Shown here piece after piece: positions 46,595 to 55,568 of a stretch of DNA of 64,000 bases. The notes below the pieces were generated by a model that was not told the origin of the DNA, made no database searches, and saw only the letters and a program-made list of their open reading frames with translations. Each line of letters starts with the position of its first letter. Within the stretch, counting starts at the first letter, position 1. Made by a program: the position numbers and the translations under genes. Source of the stretch: a virus (Duplodnaviria; Caudoviricetes); the IMG/VR virus record IMGVR_UViG_2974592265_000001, positions 1 through 64,000 of that record, one strand, 5' to 3'.

Positions 46595-48282
46595 CCGAGC
46601 AGTTCAAAGAGCAGATCGTGCTTGTCTTTGATCGCCCGGTTATTGCTTTCTTCATTGGCCAACAGCGCCTTGAAGTTCTTGTCGGACAGCGTGCCTCGCA
46701 CTCTCATGAAGTACACGTTGACCACGTTGACCTGGCCGTTTCGGTCAGCACGGGCAATCGCTTGCTTGGCCGCCTTGGGCGAGGTCGGACACTCATAGAA
46801 GATGATGTAGCTGGCCACCTGCAGGTTCAGCCCGGCGCCGCCGGACACCCACTGGATCACGATGACCTCGCACTCGTCATCCTTCTGGAACTTCTCCACC
46901 TGGGCCTGGCGGTCAGCGATGCCGCCGTAGACCACCGCCACCTTGCGGTGAGCGAATTGCATGGCCAGCTGCTCGATGGCTTGGCGGTAGAAGGCGAAGA
47001 TGATCAGCTTGCGTTTCGGCCCGGGGTTGATCGAGTCCACCAGCTGCCCGGTGGCCTTGGACAACTCGTCACACTCGGTGAGGGTGGGGTCGAACTTGGT
47101 CGGGCAGCTGATCAGCTGCAGGGCCATGTGCCGTAGGGCGCTGGCGTTGTCCGGTGCCAGCACCAGGTCGCCGAGAACCGCGAAGCGATCCTTTATTACC
47201 TGCCGGTACAGCTTCAGGTGGCGTCCGGACAGCTTGACCGGCACCTCACTGATCACCGGCTCCGGCATCGGGATCACGTCGCGCTTCTGCACCCGCCTGG
47301 CGTTCTTCCACAGCGAGTCGTAGATCTTCTCCGTGTCGAAGTAGCCGACGATCTGCTTGATCTTCTTCGACTTGCCGTTGGGCAGCGGGATCTCGAACTC
47401 CTCGTGCTCACAGTGCTGCCGCAGGAACGAGGCCTTGTTCAGGTAGGCTTCCGGGTTGATCAGGCGGATCAGGCCGTAGGCGTTGTGCAGCTTGGTCGGG
47501 ATCGGCGTGCCGGTCATCACGTAGATGGCCACGTCGTCCTTCAGCCGCATGCTCATCTCGGCCACCGACTCGGACAGGATCGACTCCAGCCCGCACAGTG
47601 CATCGCCTTCGTCGAAGAACAACACGTTGTAGCCGTGTTCCTTGAGCAGCATCTGCTTGGGGTTCTTGGCGGTGCCGTTCTTCACGTTAATCTGCCGACC
47701 GTCCCGGGTGTACGGCTGCGCCTTGGGGAAGCGGGGGTCGCCCTTGTTGTCCCCTTCCTCAATGAAGTAGCTGGTAGCGAACTCTAAATTCGTACCTAAC
47801 TCATTGATATTCCTGATTTTCCAGTGATTATTCCCGATTTTCTTGCGGGGGTTTTTGTCGTTGTACAGGCGGTAGATGTCGTAGGACAGTACCAGAATGT
47901 CCGGCCAGCCCTCGACGTTCCAGACCTGTTCCTTTTTGCGCTTCTGCGTGGCGGTGCAGTCCATGTGTTCGATCTTGAGCTTCTGCCCGATACCGGGGAA
48001 GAAGATCTCGAACTCCTCCATGAACTGAGGGATCAGGCCAGGCAGTGTGGTGAACACCACCTTGTTGCCCATGGCAGCCATCATGATGGCGTGGACCTGG
48101 GCCGGGTACGTCTTGCCTGTACCGGGCTCAGAAAAATCCCCGTAACGGTCGTTCCAGGGATACACCTTGATCGTGTCGAGTTGATGCGGCATCGGCCAGT
48201 TCGGCAGAGGGATCTCTGAGAACCAGTCGGGGTGGTTGCCCACCCCTACCGTGAGCATCAAGTCGTGAAGACTTACACCCAT
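46591..48282 (-). CDS. SNF2/SF2-like DNA helicase
   Basis: SEPGTGKT, FFDEGD, MTGTP, GGAGLNLQ..IIFYE, QAIARADRNGQ. Confidence 0.9.
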   Translation of the reverse strand: MGVSLHDLMLTVGVGNHPDWFSEIPLPNWPMPHQLDTIKVYPWNDRYGDFSEPGTGKTYPAQVHAIMMAAMGNKVVFTTLPGLIPQFMEEFEIFFPGIGQKLKIEHMDCTATQKRKKEQVWNVEGWPDILVLSYDIYRLYNDKNPRKKIGNNHWKIRNINELGTNLEFATSYFIEEGDNKGDPRFPKAQPYTRDGRQINVKNGTAKNPKQMLLKEHGYNVLFFDEGDALCGLESILSESVAEMSMRLKDDVAIYVMTGTPIPTKLHNAYGLIRLINPEAYLNKASFLRQHCEHEEFEIPLPNGKSKKIKQIVGYFDTEKIYDSLWKNARRVQKRDVIPMPEPVISEVPVKLSGRHLKLYRQVIKDRFAVLGDLVLAPDNASALRHMALQLISCPTKFDPTLTECDELSKATGQLVDSINPGPKRKLIIFAFYRQAIEQLAMQFAHRKVAVVYGGIADRQAQVEKFQKDDECEVIVIQWVSGGAGLNLQVASYIIFYECPTSPKAAKQAIARADRNGQVNVVNVYFMRVRGTLSDKNFKALLANEESNNRAIKDKHDLLFELLG

Positions 48283-48509
48283 TAGAAAACCCTCTGTGAC
48301 CTGCTTCGTTGGATCTTCTCGTGATCGTCGCGGCAGTCCACATCGCAGAAGCGCTGTGGATCCGGCAACGGTTCGCTGCAGTTGTGGCAGGACCCGACGT
48401 AGGCCAGTCGTGGGACTGGCTTTTCACGGGCGATCCGCAGCTGCTCCTCGAGGAGACGTTCCTGTTCAACAACCGCCCGGTCGACCGGGTCTGCGTAATT
48501 TTCCGTCAT
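48282..48509 (-). CDS. TraR/DksA-type C4 zinc finger protein
   Basis: N-terminal ADPVDRA (DxxDxA), CHNC...FCDVDC. Confidence 0.75.
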   Translation of the reverse strand: MTENYADPVDRAVVEQERLLEEQLRIAREKPVPRLAYVGSCHNCSEPLPDPQRFCDVDCRDDHEKIQRSRSQRVF

Positions 48510-51394
48510 TCTGCTGGCTCCGATTCCCTGGCAAAGTTGTTGAGCGAAGTACCCTTCTCAGTCAGGCGCTTGGCGTTGATCACGTAGACTTCGATCTCGT
48601 TGTTGTTCGGGTGCGGCTCGATGCGCTCGAAGTACACCTCACCCTCAATCAGCTGAGTCAGCTGCTGGAACTGGCGGATCACCGGCACCTCGCCAACCAT
48701 CCGTGAGTAGGCATGGTAACGCGGTAGGCAGGACTGCAGGACCAGGTACAGCGAGTCGCCCTGGCGCCAGTAGTGCTTGCCGGCCTCCAGACGCAGGCGG
48801 TCTTCGAAGGTGTCGTCCGCCATGATGTTCATCGACCCGAGAACGCGGTCGACTTCCGAGGCTGACTTGCCACGTTCCACTTCGGTCACACGACCGCCGA
48901 GGTAGGTGATCAGCTCCGATTCCAGCCAGCGGATGTCCTCGACACCGTCGACGCCGAACTCGGTCATGGTGTGGATCAGCATGTGCAGCCCGGTCAGGCA
49001 GCACTGCATGCCCCAGCGAGGGCGGTCCTCCATCCCGGCGTGGATCTGCTCCGCCTTGCTGTGGAAGATCTTCAGCAGCGCGGTAGGGGAGGTCCCCAGT
49101 GCCACGGTGACCAGTGCCCGGGCCATCCGCAACAGGGCCTGCTTGTTCTGCACGCAGACCCGGTAGTTGTCGCGGTAGACCTTGTTCTGCAGCGACTTGG
49201 CCTGCAGGCGGACTTCCACCGAGCGGCTGCGCAGGGCAGGAGCGGTGGCGGACTGCTCACTGGTGTACACCAACGGCGCCGAAACACGGTCCTCGCTGAC
49301 AGCCAGCTCCCGGTCAGCGCCGATACGGCCACGCTGAATAGGGGCATGACTCCACGCTGCCTTGAGGATGCCGAGGATGGCACCGTAGCGGGTGTTGCCC
49401 AGCTGCACCGGGTTCACTTCTTCGATCAGCCGAGGCACCGTGGTGCTGCTGCTCACGTACTTGGTCAGCGGGAACAGCGTGCCGACCTCGACGTTCTGCA
49501 GTTCGGCCTTGGTGTAGTCGATGCCGTTGATCATCGCCATCAGCATGGCCAGGCAGGACTTGCCAGCGCCGGCGTTGCCGAAGATGTTCATCAGCGGAAA
49601 CTGAGGTTCCTCGAACTGGATGTGTTCACGGAAGTGGCACGAGACAAACCAGCCCAGCATCTGGGCCACGGCCACCGGTTCATTCACTTTGCACAGCGCT
49701 TTCATCACCGTGGCGAGCTGTTCATCGTCCTGCAGCGGGTTGCTGCCGTTGATCAACGCAGGCGACTGCCGCGCATTGCCGTTGAAGCGGTACGGGCTGC
49801 GCCCACCCAGGTTGGTGATGGCGTTGCCAGCTTCGACGTAGTGCGCGACCGTGCCCTTCTCGCCGCGGTCCAGCACGATTCCGCAGACGTTCGCACGAAT
49901 CATCTTGTCTAACTCCTTGTCCTCGGTCTTGTCCCGTGCAAACTTCAGCAGGGCCACCAGTATTTTTTGAATTTCCCCGTCGCCGGCATACACCGCTGCG
50001 TCCCGGCCTTTAACGCCGGAGATCAGGTCACGCTTGGAACTCCAGGCGCGCTCCGACAACGACACCTCACTGGCCACGTCGCAACCGTCCACGATCAGTT
50101 TCCCGACCAGTTCCTTGCGCTCGGTGTTGCGCCAGCTGGTGAAGCCTTTGTCAGTGGTGTAGGGCTCCAACTCGAACACTTCCAGCGTCGGCCAGAAGGT
50201 GAAGTTGGTCAGCTGCCGGCTGCTGTCCTCACCGACCAAGAAGTACCCGGCCGGGTCCCAGCGGATGCGGACCTGCGTGTTGAAGTTGCTGACGTTCTCT
50301 TGGGTCGTCTCGCCGCTGGCCACATCCGAACGGCAGATAGGGCACTGACGGCATGGAGTGCCGATCGCTGCGATCAGGGCGCCAGGCGCAAACTTGATCG
50401 AGCCGCTGAAGGTCCGGTGCAGCTGGCCTTGAACATGCTTGAGGCGTTCGGTTTCCGAAGGCCGGCTGCTCGACTCCACGTTCTTCACGAACGGGCGCAC
50501 CAGCAGCTCCATGTACTCCTTCTCTTCCGACTTCTCGTAGCGGGCAGCGATGTAGGCTGCCAGCTGCATTGCCGTCTGGTTCCAGTTGGAGCCTTCAGCG
50601 TGGCCTTCGGTGATCAGCTTCTCGATGCAGCCAGGGATGCCGTCCCACTCACGCATGGCTTCCTTGGGCACCACGCAGGCGGCGCTCATGGCTTTGACCT
50701 TGCGCTGCGCCGTGGTCTTGGCAGCCTTCAGCAGTTGTTCAGCCTTGGCGTAGGTGACGTTCTTGCCTGGCTGCGGCTGGGCCAGAACAGGGCGCGGTGC
50801 AGCGACGATGGAGTGGTATTCCTCGCTGTTCATGTGCGCCAGTTCGTTGACCGTGGTGCCGACCTTGTAGGTGCCGCTGCCGGGGCGTGGAATGCCTTCA
50901 CAGCGCCACATCCGGCCACGGCCACAGGAGTACACCGACTCATCCAGGCTGCACGGAGACTCCAGGTGCGCGCCCTTCATGATGGTCAGCATGATCTCCC
51001 GATAGATCATCGGCAGGAACTTTGTCGGCTTTTTAACGCCAAACACTTGCGCCGGGATGGTGATGTGCACACCCTTCCCGCCGGACAGCCAGCAGTGAAT
51101 GAACTCCTCCGGGATGTCCAGCTTGTTCATCAGGTAGTCGAGGACCGCGTTGACGTCAGCCAGCACCTGGTCGATGTCGTCGGCGTCGTCAAAGTCCAGG
51201 TACATCGGACCCATGTAATGCACAGTCTCGACGGCGTTAAGGCCGTTTTCAGAGACTTCTTCGGGGTTTTGGTCAACCATCAGGACGGTTCTGAACGCAG
51301 GCGACTTCGGAAGCTCAGCTGATTGCAGCTGCTCTTCTGTGTACATCCGCCATGGTTCCTTCTTGTCCGGTCTGAACTGAAGGAAGTAATACAT
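48506..51394 (-). CDS. Primase-helicase (AEP primase + C-terminal P-loop)
   Basis: YLDFD, SGGKGVH AEP motifs; Cys cluster; FGNAGAGKS P-loop. Confidence 0.85.
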   Translation of the reverse strand: MYYFLQFRPDKKEPWRMYTEEQLQSAELPKSPAFRTVLMVDQNPEEVSENGLNAVETVHYMGPMYLDFDDADDIDQVLADVNAVLDYLMNKLDIPEEFIHCWLSGGKGVHITIPAQVFGVKKPTKFLPMIYREIMLTIMKGAHLESPCSLDESVYSCGRGRMWRCEGIPRPGSGTYKVGTTVNELAHMNSEEYHSIVAAPRPVLAQPQPGKNVTYAKAEQLLKAAKTTAQRKVKAMSAACVVPKEAMREWDGIPGCIEKLITEGHAEGSNWNQTAMQLAAYIAARYEKSEEKEYMELLVRPFVKNVESSSRPSETERLKHVQGQLHRTFSGSIKFAPGALIAAIGTPCRQCPICRSDVASGETTQENVSNFNTQVRIRWDPAGYFLVGEDSSRQLTNFTFWPTLEVFELEPYTTDKGFTSWRNTERKELVGKLIVDGCDVASEVSLSERAWSSKRDLISGVKGRDAAVYAGDGEIQKILVALLKFARDKTEDKELDKMIRANVCGIVLDRGEKGTVAHYVEAGNAITNLGGRSPYRFNGNARQSPALINGSNPLQDDEQLATVMKALCKVNEPVAVAQMLGWFVSCHFREHIQFEEPQFPLMNIFGNAGAGKSCLAMLMAMINGIDYTKAELQNVEVGTLFPLTKYVSSSTTVPRLIEEVNPVQLGNTRYGAILGILKAAWSHAPIQRGRIGADRELAVSEDRVSAPLVYTSEQSATAPALRSRSVEVRLQAKSLQNKVYRDNYRVCVQNKQALLRMARALVTVALGTSPTALLKIFHSKAEQIHAGMEDRPRWGMQCCLTGLHMLIHTMTEFGVDGVEDIRWLESELITYLGGRVTEVERGKSASEVDRVLGSMNIMADDTFEDRLRLEAGKHYWRQGDSLYLVLQSCLPRYHAYSRMVGEVPVIRQFQQLTQLIEGEVYFERIEPHPNNNEIEVYVINAKRLTEKGTSLNNFARESEPAE

Positions 51395-51398
51395 GGCG

Positions 51399-51647
51399 TC
51401 AATCCTTTGTCATACGGGCCTGGGAGAGACGCTTAACGAGGGTTTTGCCGTCCTTGTTGAACGCGGTGAAGTCAACGTCCAGCTCAAGGTCACGGCGGCT
51501 GAGGGCTTTTTTGAACAGGGTGATGTTGTAGACCTGCTCGTCCATCTCGACGGCGCCCCCAATTTCGGCGGAGTTGTAGAAATCAGCCAGCTTGTTGTAG
51601 TCGATCGGGGTACGGGTAGGCCCGACCTCTTCTTTGACGACCTTCAT
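51399..51647 (-). CDS. Small hypothetical protein
   Basis: 82 aa, AGGAG RBS, phage codon use. Confidence 0.6.
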   Translation of the reverse strand: MKVVKEEVGPTRTPIDYNKLADFYNSAEIGGAVEMDEQVYNITLFKKALSRRDLELDVDFTAFNKDGKTLVKRLSQARMTKD

Positions 51648-51675
51648 GTGAGGCTCCTATTGGCACGGGTAGGAT

Positions 51676-53004
51676 TCAAGCCTTGAACCCCACCTTGTTG
51701 ATAAGCAATTCCTGTTGTGGCCGGCTGAACGCCACGTACAAAAGCCGCTGCCTTTCACTGCGGATTGGATTCTCCAGCAGATCTTTGACATCGACCATTA
51801 CACGCTTAAAGGTGCTGCCCTGGCTGCGATGGACCGTGATGCAGTAGCAATACTTGAGGTCGGCAAACAGGTCAGTGAACTTGTGCAGCTGCCGCCAGTG
51901 ATAGCTCGCGTTGCCCCCGGTTTTGGCGGCTTCGAGGGCTTTGGTTTTGATCTTCTGGCAGTGAGCTTCGAACCGCTCATACTCGTCTTCGTGCAGCACA
52001 TGAGCGAAGACTTGCTTCACATCAGCATACACAGGATTCAGCGTGACCAGCCACGTCTTCCACGACGTGCTGCTATATTCGTCGAACATCTTGCTTTCGC
52101 TAACCGCGCCAACCAGCGACTCTTCGTCCGTGGACAGGATGGTGTCGCCGTCACGGCTGATCGGTTTGGCAGTCACCAGGCGCTCACCCAGCTCAAAGCG
52201 GGCGGCGTTAGGGCCGTAGATTTTGGCGCGAATGGCGTTGTTGATGTCATCCACACGGAAGTTGCGCCACGCCAGGACACGGACATCCTCGAGGTCCGTG
52301 GTCAGGTCGAACTGATCCACCACCGTCTTCAGGAAGTGGGCAGCTTTGACCACCGTGACGTTGTTCTCCGGCACGAAGTCGAAGTGGAAGGTCTCCTTGT
52401 TCTTGATCGCGGCTCGCAGTGGTGCGGTGATCAGCTGGATGCCGTTCGGTGTTCCGTCCGGGTTGTTCTTCTGCCGCTCCGCCTGGGTCAGCTCGACCGT
52501 CGGGAACAGGCCGAACGCCTTGGAGGTGGTCTCCTTCACCGGCGGCAGCTGCATGTCATCGCCCATCATCAGGCAGAACACTTGCTGAGCCTCCAGCTCC
52601 GGCAGGAAGTAGTCGAACAGGAAGTACTCGCCCAGCATCGACATCTCGTCGCAGACCAGGACGTGGTACTCGCCGATCACGCTGTCCCGCACCTGCACCG
52701 CACGCTTCTTCTCGTCGGTGGGCATCATGGACAGGCCGAGGGCGCTGTGGGCGGTCTTGAAGCCGACCTTGTCCATCGGCAGCCCCGCTGCCCGCGCGGC
52801 CTTCTCCAGCTGCTTGACGGCTTTGTTGGTGGGCGCCACGAAGATGGCCTTGACCCCGCCCTCGATCAGGATGCTGGCCAACTCCATGACACAAAAAGTT
52901 TTACCGGTGCCGCCTTCGCCAATGATGGTGAAGCCAGGCTTGCCTTCTTCGTAGGCATCGAGCGCCCCGTTGACGCCGATGACCTGGCCGCTGTTCAGTC
53001 CCAT
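51676..53004 (-). CDS. Dda/RecD-like SF1B helicase
   Basis: GEGGTGKT, APTNKA, CDEMSM, GDDMQLPPV, ITVHRSQGSTF, LYVAFSRP; start ATG 53004 (or GTG 53013). Confidence 0.92.
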   Translation of the reverse strand: MGLNSGQVIGVNGALDAYEEGKPGFTIIGEGGTGKTFCVMELASILIEGGVKAIFVAPTNKAVKQLEKAARAAGLPMDKVGFKTAHSALGLSMMPTDEKKRAVQVRDSVIGEYHVLVCDEMSMLGEYFLFDYFLPELEAQQVFCLMMGDDMQLPPVKETTSKAFGLFPTVELTQAERQKNNPDGTPNGIQLITAPLRAAIKNKETFHFDFVPENNVTVVKAAHFLKTVVDQFDLTTDLEDVRVLAWRNFRVDDINNAIRAKIYGPNAARFELGERLVTAKPISRDGDTILSTDEESLVGAVSESKMFDEYSSTSWKTWLVTLNPVYADVKQVFAHVLHEDEYERFEAHCQKIKTKALEAAKTGGNASYHWRQLHKFTDLFADLKYCYCITVHRSQGSTFKRVMVDVKDLLENPIRSERQRLLYVAFSRPQQELLINKVGFKA

Positions 53005-53014
53005 ACCCGTCACC

Positions 53015-53046
53015 TTATAAATTTATATGTTTATATGCTTATAGGA
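53015..53046. repeat. AT-rich tandem array of four TTATA-containing 8-mers
   Basis: TTATAAAT TTATATGT TTATATGC TTATAGGA. Confidence 0.75.
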
Positions 53047-53076
53047 TGGGCACGATAAAGAACCGTGCCCTCCCGG

Positions 53077-53400
53077 TCAAGATCTCGGCGAGAAAATATC
53101 TACGACGGATCCGCTTGACACGTCGGCGGCGGGTCTATCCCGCATGTGCCGCTGAGTATGGAAGAACAGCACGACGTCCTTCGACGCTTCTTCCAGGTCG
53201 CCGGTAGCCAGGAACCCTTTGACGAACTCCACGTAAGGGTCGCGCAGCTGTTCAGCGGTGAAGGCCTTGATGCCTTCCGGCCGCAGGAACTGATCCAGCG
53301 CTTCCACGTAATAGTCGATCCACTGACGCTGCTGCGCCGTGGTGCCGGTGTCGCCCTTCTGTTTGACGATCATCAGTAGTTCAGTTTTTATGCGTTCCAC
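53077..53400 (-). CDS. Hypothetical protein
   Basis: 107 aa, GTG start with AAGGAG RBS. Confidence 0.55.
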   Translation of the reverse strand: MERIKTELLMIVKQKGDTGTTAQQRQWIDYYVEALDQFLRPEGIKAFTAEQLRDPYVEFVKGFLATGDLEEASKDVVLFFHTQRHMRDRPAADVSSGSVVDIFSPRS

Positions 53401-53436
53401 ACTTTCTCCTTCTGGGCCAACGGCCAGTGTTACGGG

Positions 53437-54240
53437 TTAATCCGGGATGCCGGTCATCAGCATGGTGCGAGCCCGGCTGACCAGCCGTGGGTCGGCCACC
53501 TGCTTGACGTTGCGTACCTTGCTGGTGAACTCCTCCGGTAGGAAGTCGACCGCCTCGGGGAACTGATCCTGCAGCTGTTTCAGCGTGCGGATCGAGGCGA
53601 GGATCTTGGTCAGATCGTCGTGCATCTCACCCGCTGCCTTCAGTACTGCGAGGAACGAGGCCATCAGGCGATCGACCTGCAGCGACAGCTGGTAGGCGGC
53701 CTTGGAGTAGGGCAGGCGAGGGTCGTTCTTGTCCGTCATCACCACGTCGGGGTGGAAGATGTGACCCAGGCCACGGATGCTTGGCAGGTCGGCGTGGCTG
53801 GTCTTCCAGCTGTAGTGGAAGTCGTAACCGCCGGTGTACACGCTGGTGAAGTTGAGGAACCCGCCCCACTCAGCGCTGACCGCGCGGCGGACTTCGTCCC
53901 ACTTATCCTTGTCAGCTTCGCGCTCTTTCTGCTTGCTGGCGTAGCCGACGGCGATCTTGCCCAGCTCGGTGTTCTCGGTAGTGTTGTGCTTGTCACCGAC
54001 CTTGTTGGTGACCAGGTAGACCACTCCCTTCATGCCGCTGAAGATCTGCTCCTGAATCAACTCAGCCCAGCGTGCCTGGGGCACCTCCGGGATCTTCAGC
54101 TCGATGTGTTTGGCGAACAGCTGGCGCCACAGCTTGTCCAGCGCCTTGGCCGCCTTGGCTGTCGGCGCTGCCTGGCGTTTGGCGGCGTGGCGAATCATTT
54201 CGGCGATCAGGTGCTTTTTGACTTCGTTGGTGATGTTCAT
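53437..54240 (-). CDS. Nmad5-like (nucleotide-modification-associated domain 5) protein
   Basis: 267 aa from MNITNEVKKHLI; C-terminal LASIRTLKQLQDQFPEAVDFLP characteristic of Nmad5. Confidence 0.7.
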   Translation of the reverse strand: MNITNEVKKHLIAEMIRHAAKRQAAPTAKAAKALDKLWRQLFAKHIELKIPEVPQARWAELIQEQIFSGMKGVVYLVTNKVGDKHNTTENTELGKIAVGYASKQKEREADKDKWDEVRRAVSAEWGGFLNFTSVYTGGYDFHYSWKTSHADLPSIRGLGHIFHPDVVMTDKNDPRLPYSKAAYQLSLQVDRLMASFLAVLKAAGEMHDDLTKILASIRTLKQLQDQFPEAVDFLPEEFTSKVRNVKQVADPRLVSRARTMLMTGIPD

Positions 54241-54617
54241 TGCTGCCCCTTGTAGGCGGTGTTGAAGTGGTGGGTGAGGACCTTGTACAGGTTGACCGTC
54301 TGTGTGACCCCTAGTTTTCGGCACAGCTGGACCCGTTCCTCGTCGGTCCAGATCGCCATCAGTACCGACTCCTGCGGCACCTCCCACATCGCGCCGGGGG
54401 TGTACAGCATGGCGAAGTTCAGAGTCTTGCCGACGTTGCTGCGCTGCGGCCGGGTGACCTCGCTGTACATCAGGCCCAGGGTGATGGCGGTGGTGATGGT
54501 GTGGATGTCCAGCAGTGCGCTGGTCGGCTGCAGCGGCAAGTCACCGTGCTTCTCGTAGTGCTCCAGCACCCGCTGCTCGATGGCAGCGAAGTCCGTGGTA
54601 ATTTTCTTCTCGGTCAC
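54237..54617 (-). CDS. Stand-alone PolA motif A/O-helix ('fingers') mini-protein
   Basis: 126 aa; GTG with AGGAG RBS; DFAAIEQRVLEHY...DIHTITT...EVTRPQRSNVGKTLNFAMLY. Confidence 0.75.
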   Translation of the reverse strand: MTEKKITTDFAAIEQRVLEHYEKHGDLPLQPTSALLDIHTITTAITLGLMYSEVTRPQRSNVGKTLNFAMLYTPGAMWEVPQESVLMAIWTDEERVQLCRKLGVTQTVNLYKVLTHHFNTAYKGQQ

Positions 54618-55018
54618 TTCAGGTACTCCTTTCGCACACGGCGCAACACCGTGGCATGGCTTAGGCCTGGCCAGCCGTACAGCCTGGCCTTGCCGTCTTC
54701 GGTAAATTGAATCCACTCGGTCCAGGTGTACGGATCAGCCAGGCTGATTGAGCGGTCCACCCTTCGGGTCAGTTTCAGTCGGGTGTCTTCACCGACGCCG
54801 GCCGCCAGCAGGTCGAACATCCCCCGCTGCGCCGACTCAGTGAGCGACATGGACGGGAAGCGCTCGTCCTTGGCGAACTCGATCAGGGTGGAATAGGGGA
54901 TGGACCGCTCCTTTTCCCAGCGGTTTATGAATGTTTCCAGCGCCTTACGCTTCCATCTTGATGTTGCTTCAAGCAGCGTCTGCCCGGGTCTCGCCGGCCA
55001 GGTAGGCTGCAATATCAT
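54614..55018 (-). CDS. Hypothetical protein (start uncertain)
   Basis: Open frame ending in TGA overlapping next GTG. Confidence 0.45.
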   Translation of the reverse strand: MILQPTWPARPGQTLLEATSRWKRKALETFINRWEKERSIPYSTLIEFAKDERFPSMSLTESAQRGMFDLLAAGVGEDTRLKLTRRVDRSISLADPYTWTEWIQFTEDGKARLYGWPGLSHATVLRRVRKEYLK

Positions 55019-55568
55019 GCTCACGTCCACGTTCCTGCTCCTCGGTCCTTTTCGGGACAAACACCCAGGCCTGTACAAAGGCCCCTTCGTTCATGGTCAT
55101 CACTTCAGGGTTACTGTCGAGGATGACGATGTCCGACACCGCCTTGGCGATTTCCACCGCCCGTTCACGGGCATCGGCCATCAGCAGCTTGTTGCGCAGC
55201 ATCCGCTCGTTGAGCTTGGTGATCTTTGCCAGCGGGAACGTCTGGCCGATGTCCTGCATCAGCTGCAGCTCTTCTTCGGTCCAGCTGCCCCGAGGCTTTT
55301 CCAGGTTGGTGATGAAGCGCAGCAGCCGGGCTCGCCAGTGCTGCGGCTCGACCTGGGCAAACTTCATCAGCACCAGGCACTGGCTGACGCTCAGCTCGCC
55401 GGGCTTGCTGACCGGCACCACGCGGTAGACACCGCGTTTCTCCGGCACCGCGCGGCACTCGGCGTAGGACGTGGCCTGCTCCTCGTCGCTGAACTTGGGG
55501 CCAGGCGCCCAGTAGCCTGGCTTGCGCCACTGTATTTGGTGGGTCCAGGGTTTGAACGCTCGGGTCAT
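54969..55568 (-). CDS. Hypothetical protein
   Basis: 199 aa, ATGA coupling. Confidence 0.6.
   Translation of the reverse strand: MTRAFKPWTHQIQWRKPGYWAPGPKFSDEEQATSYAECRAVPEKRGVYRVVPVSKPGELSVSQCLVLMKFAQVEPQHWRARLLRFITNLEKPRGSWTEEELQLMQDIGQTFPLAKITKLNERMLRNKLLMADARERAVEIAKAVSDIVILDSNPEVMTMNEGAFVQAWVFVPKRTEEQERGREHDIAAYLAGETRADAA

Noticed and set aside
30757-48879. Isolated GTTCCAC parS half-sites inside CDSs (30758, 45572, 48874)
   Set aside because: A 7-mer is expected several times by chance in 64 kb
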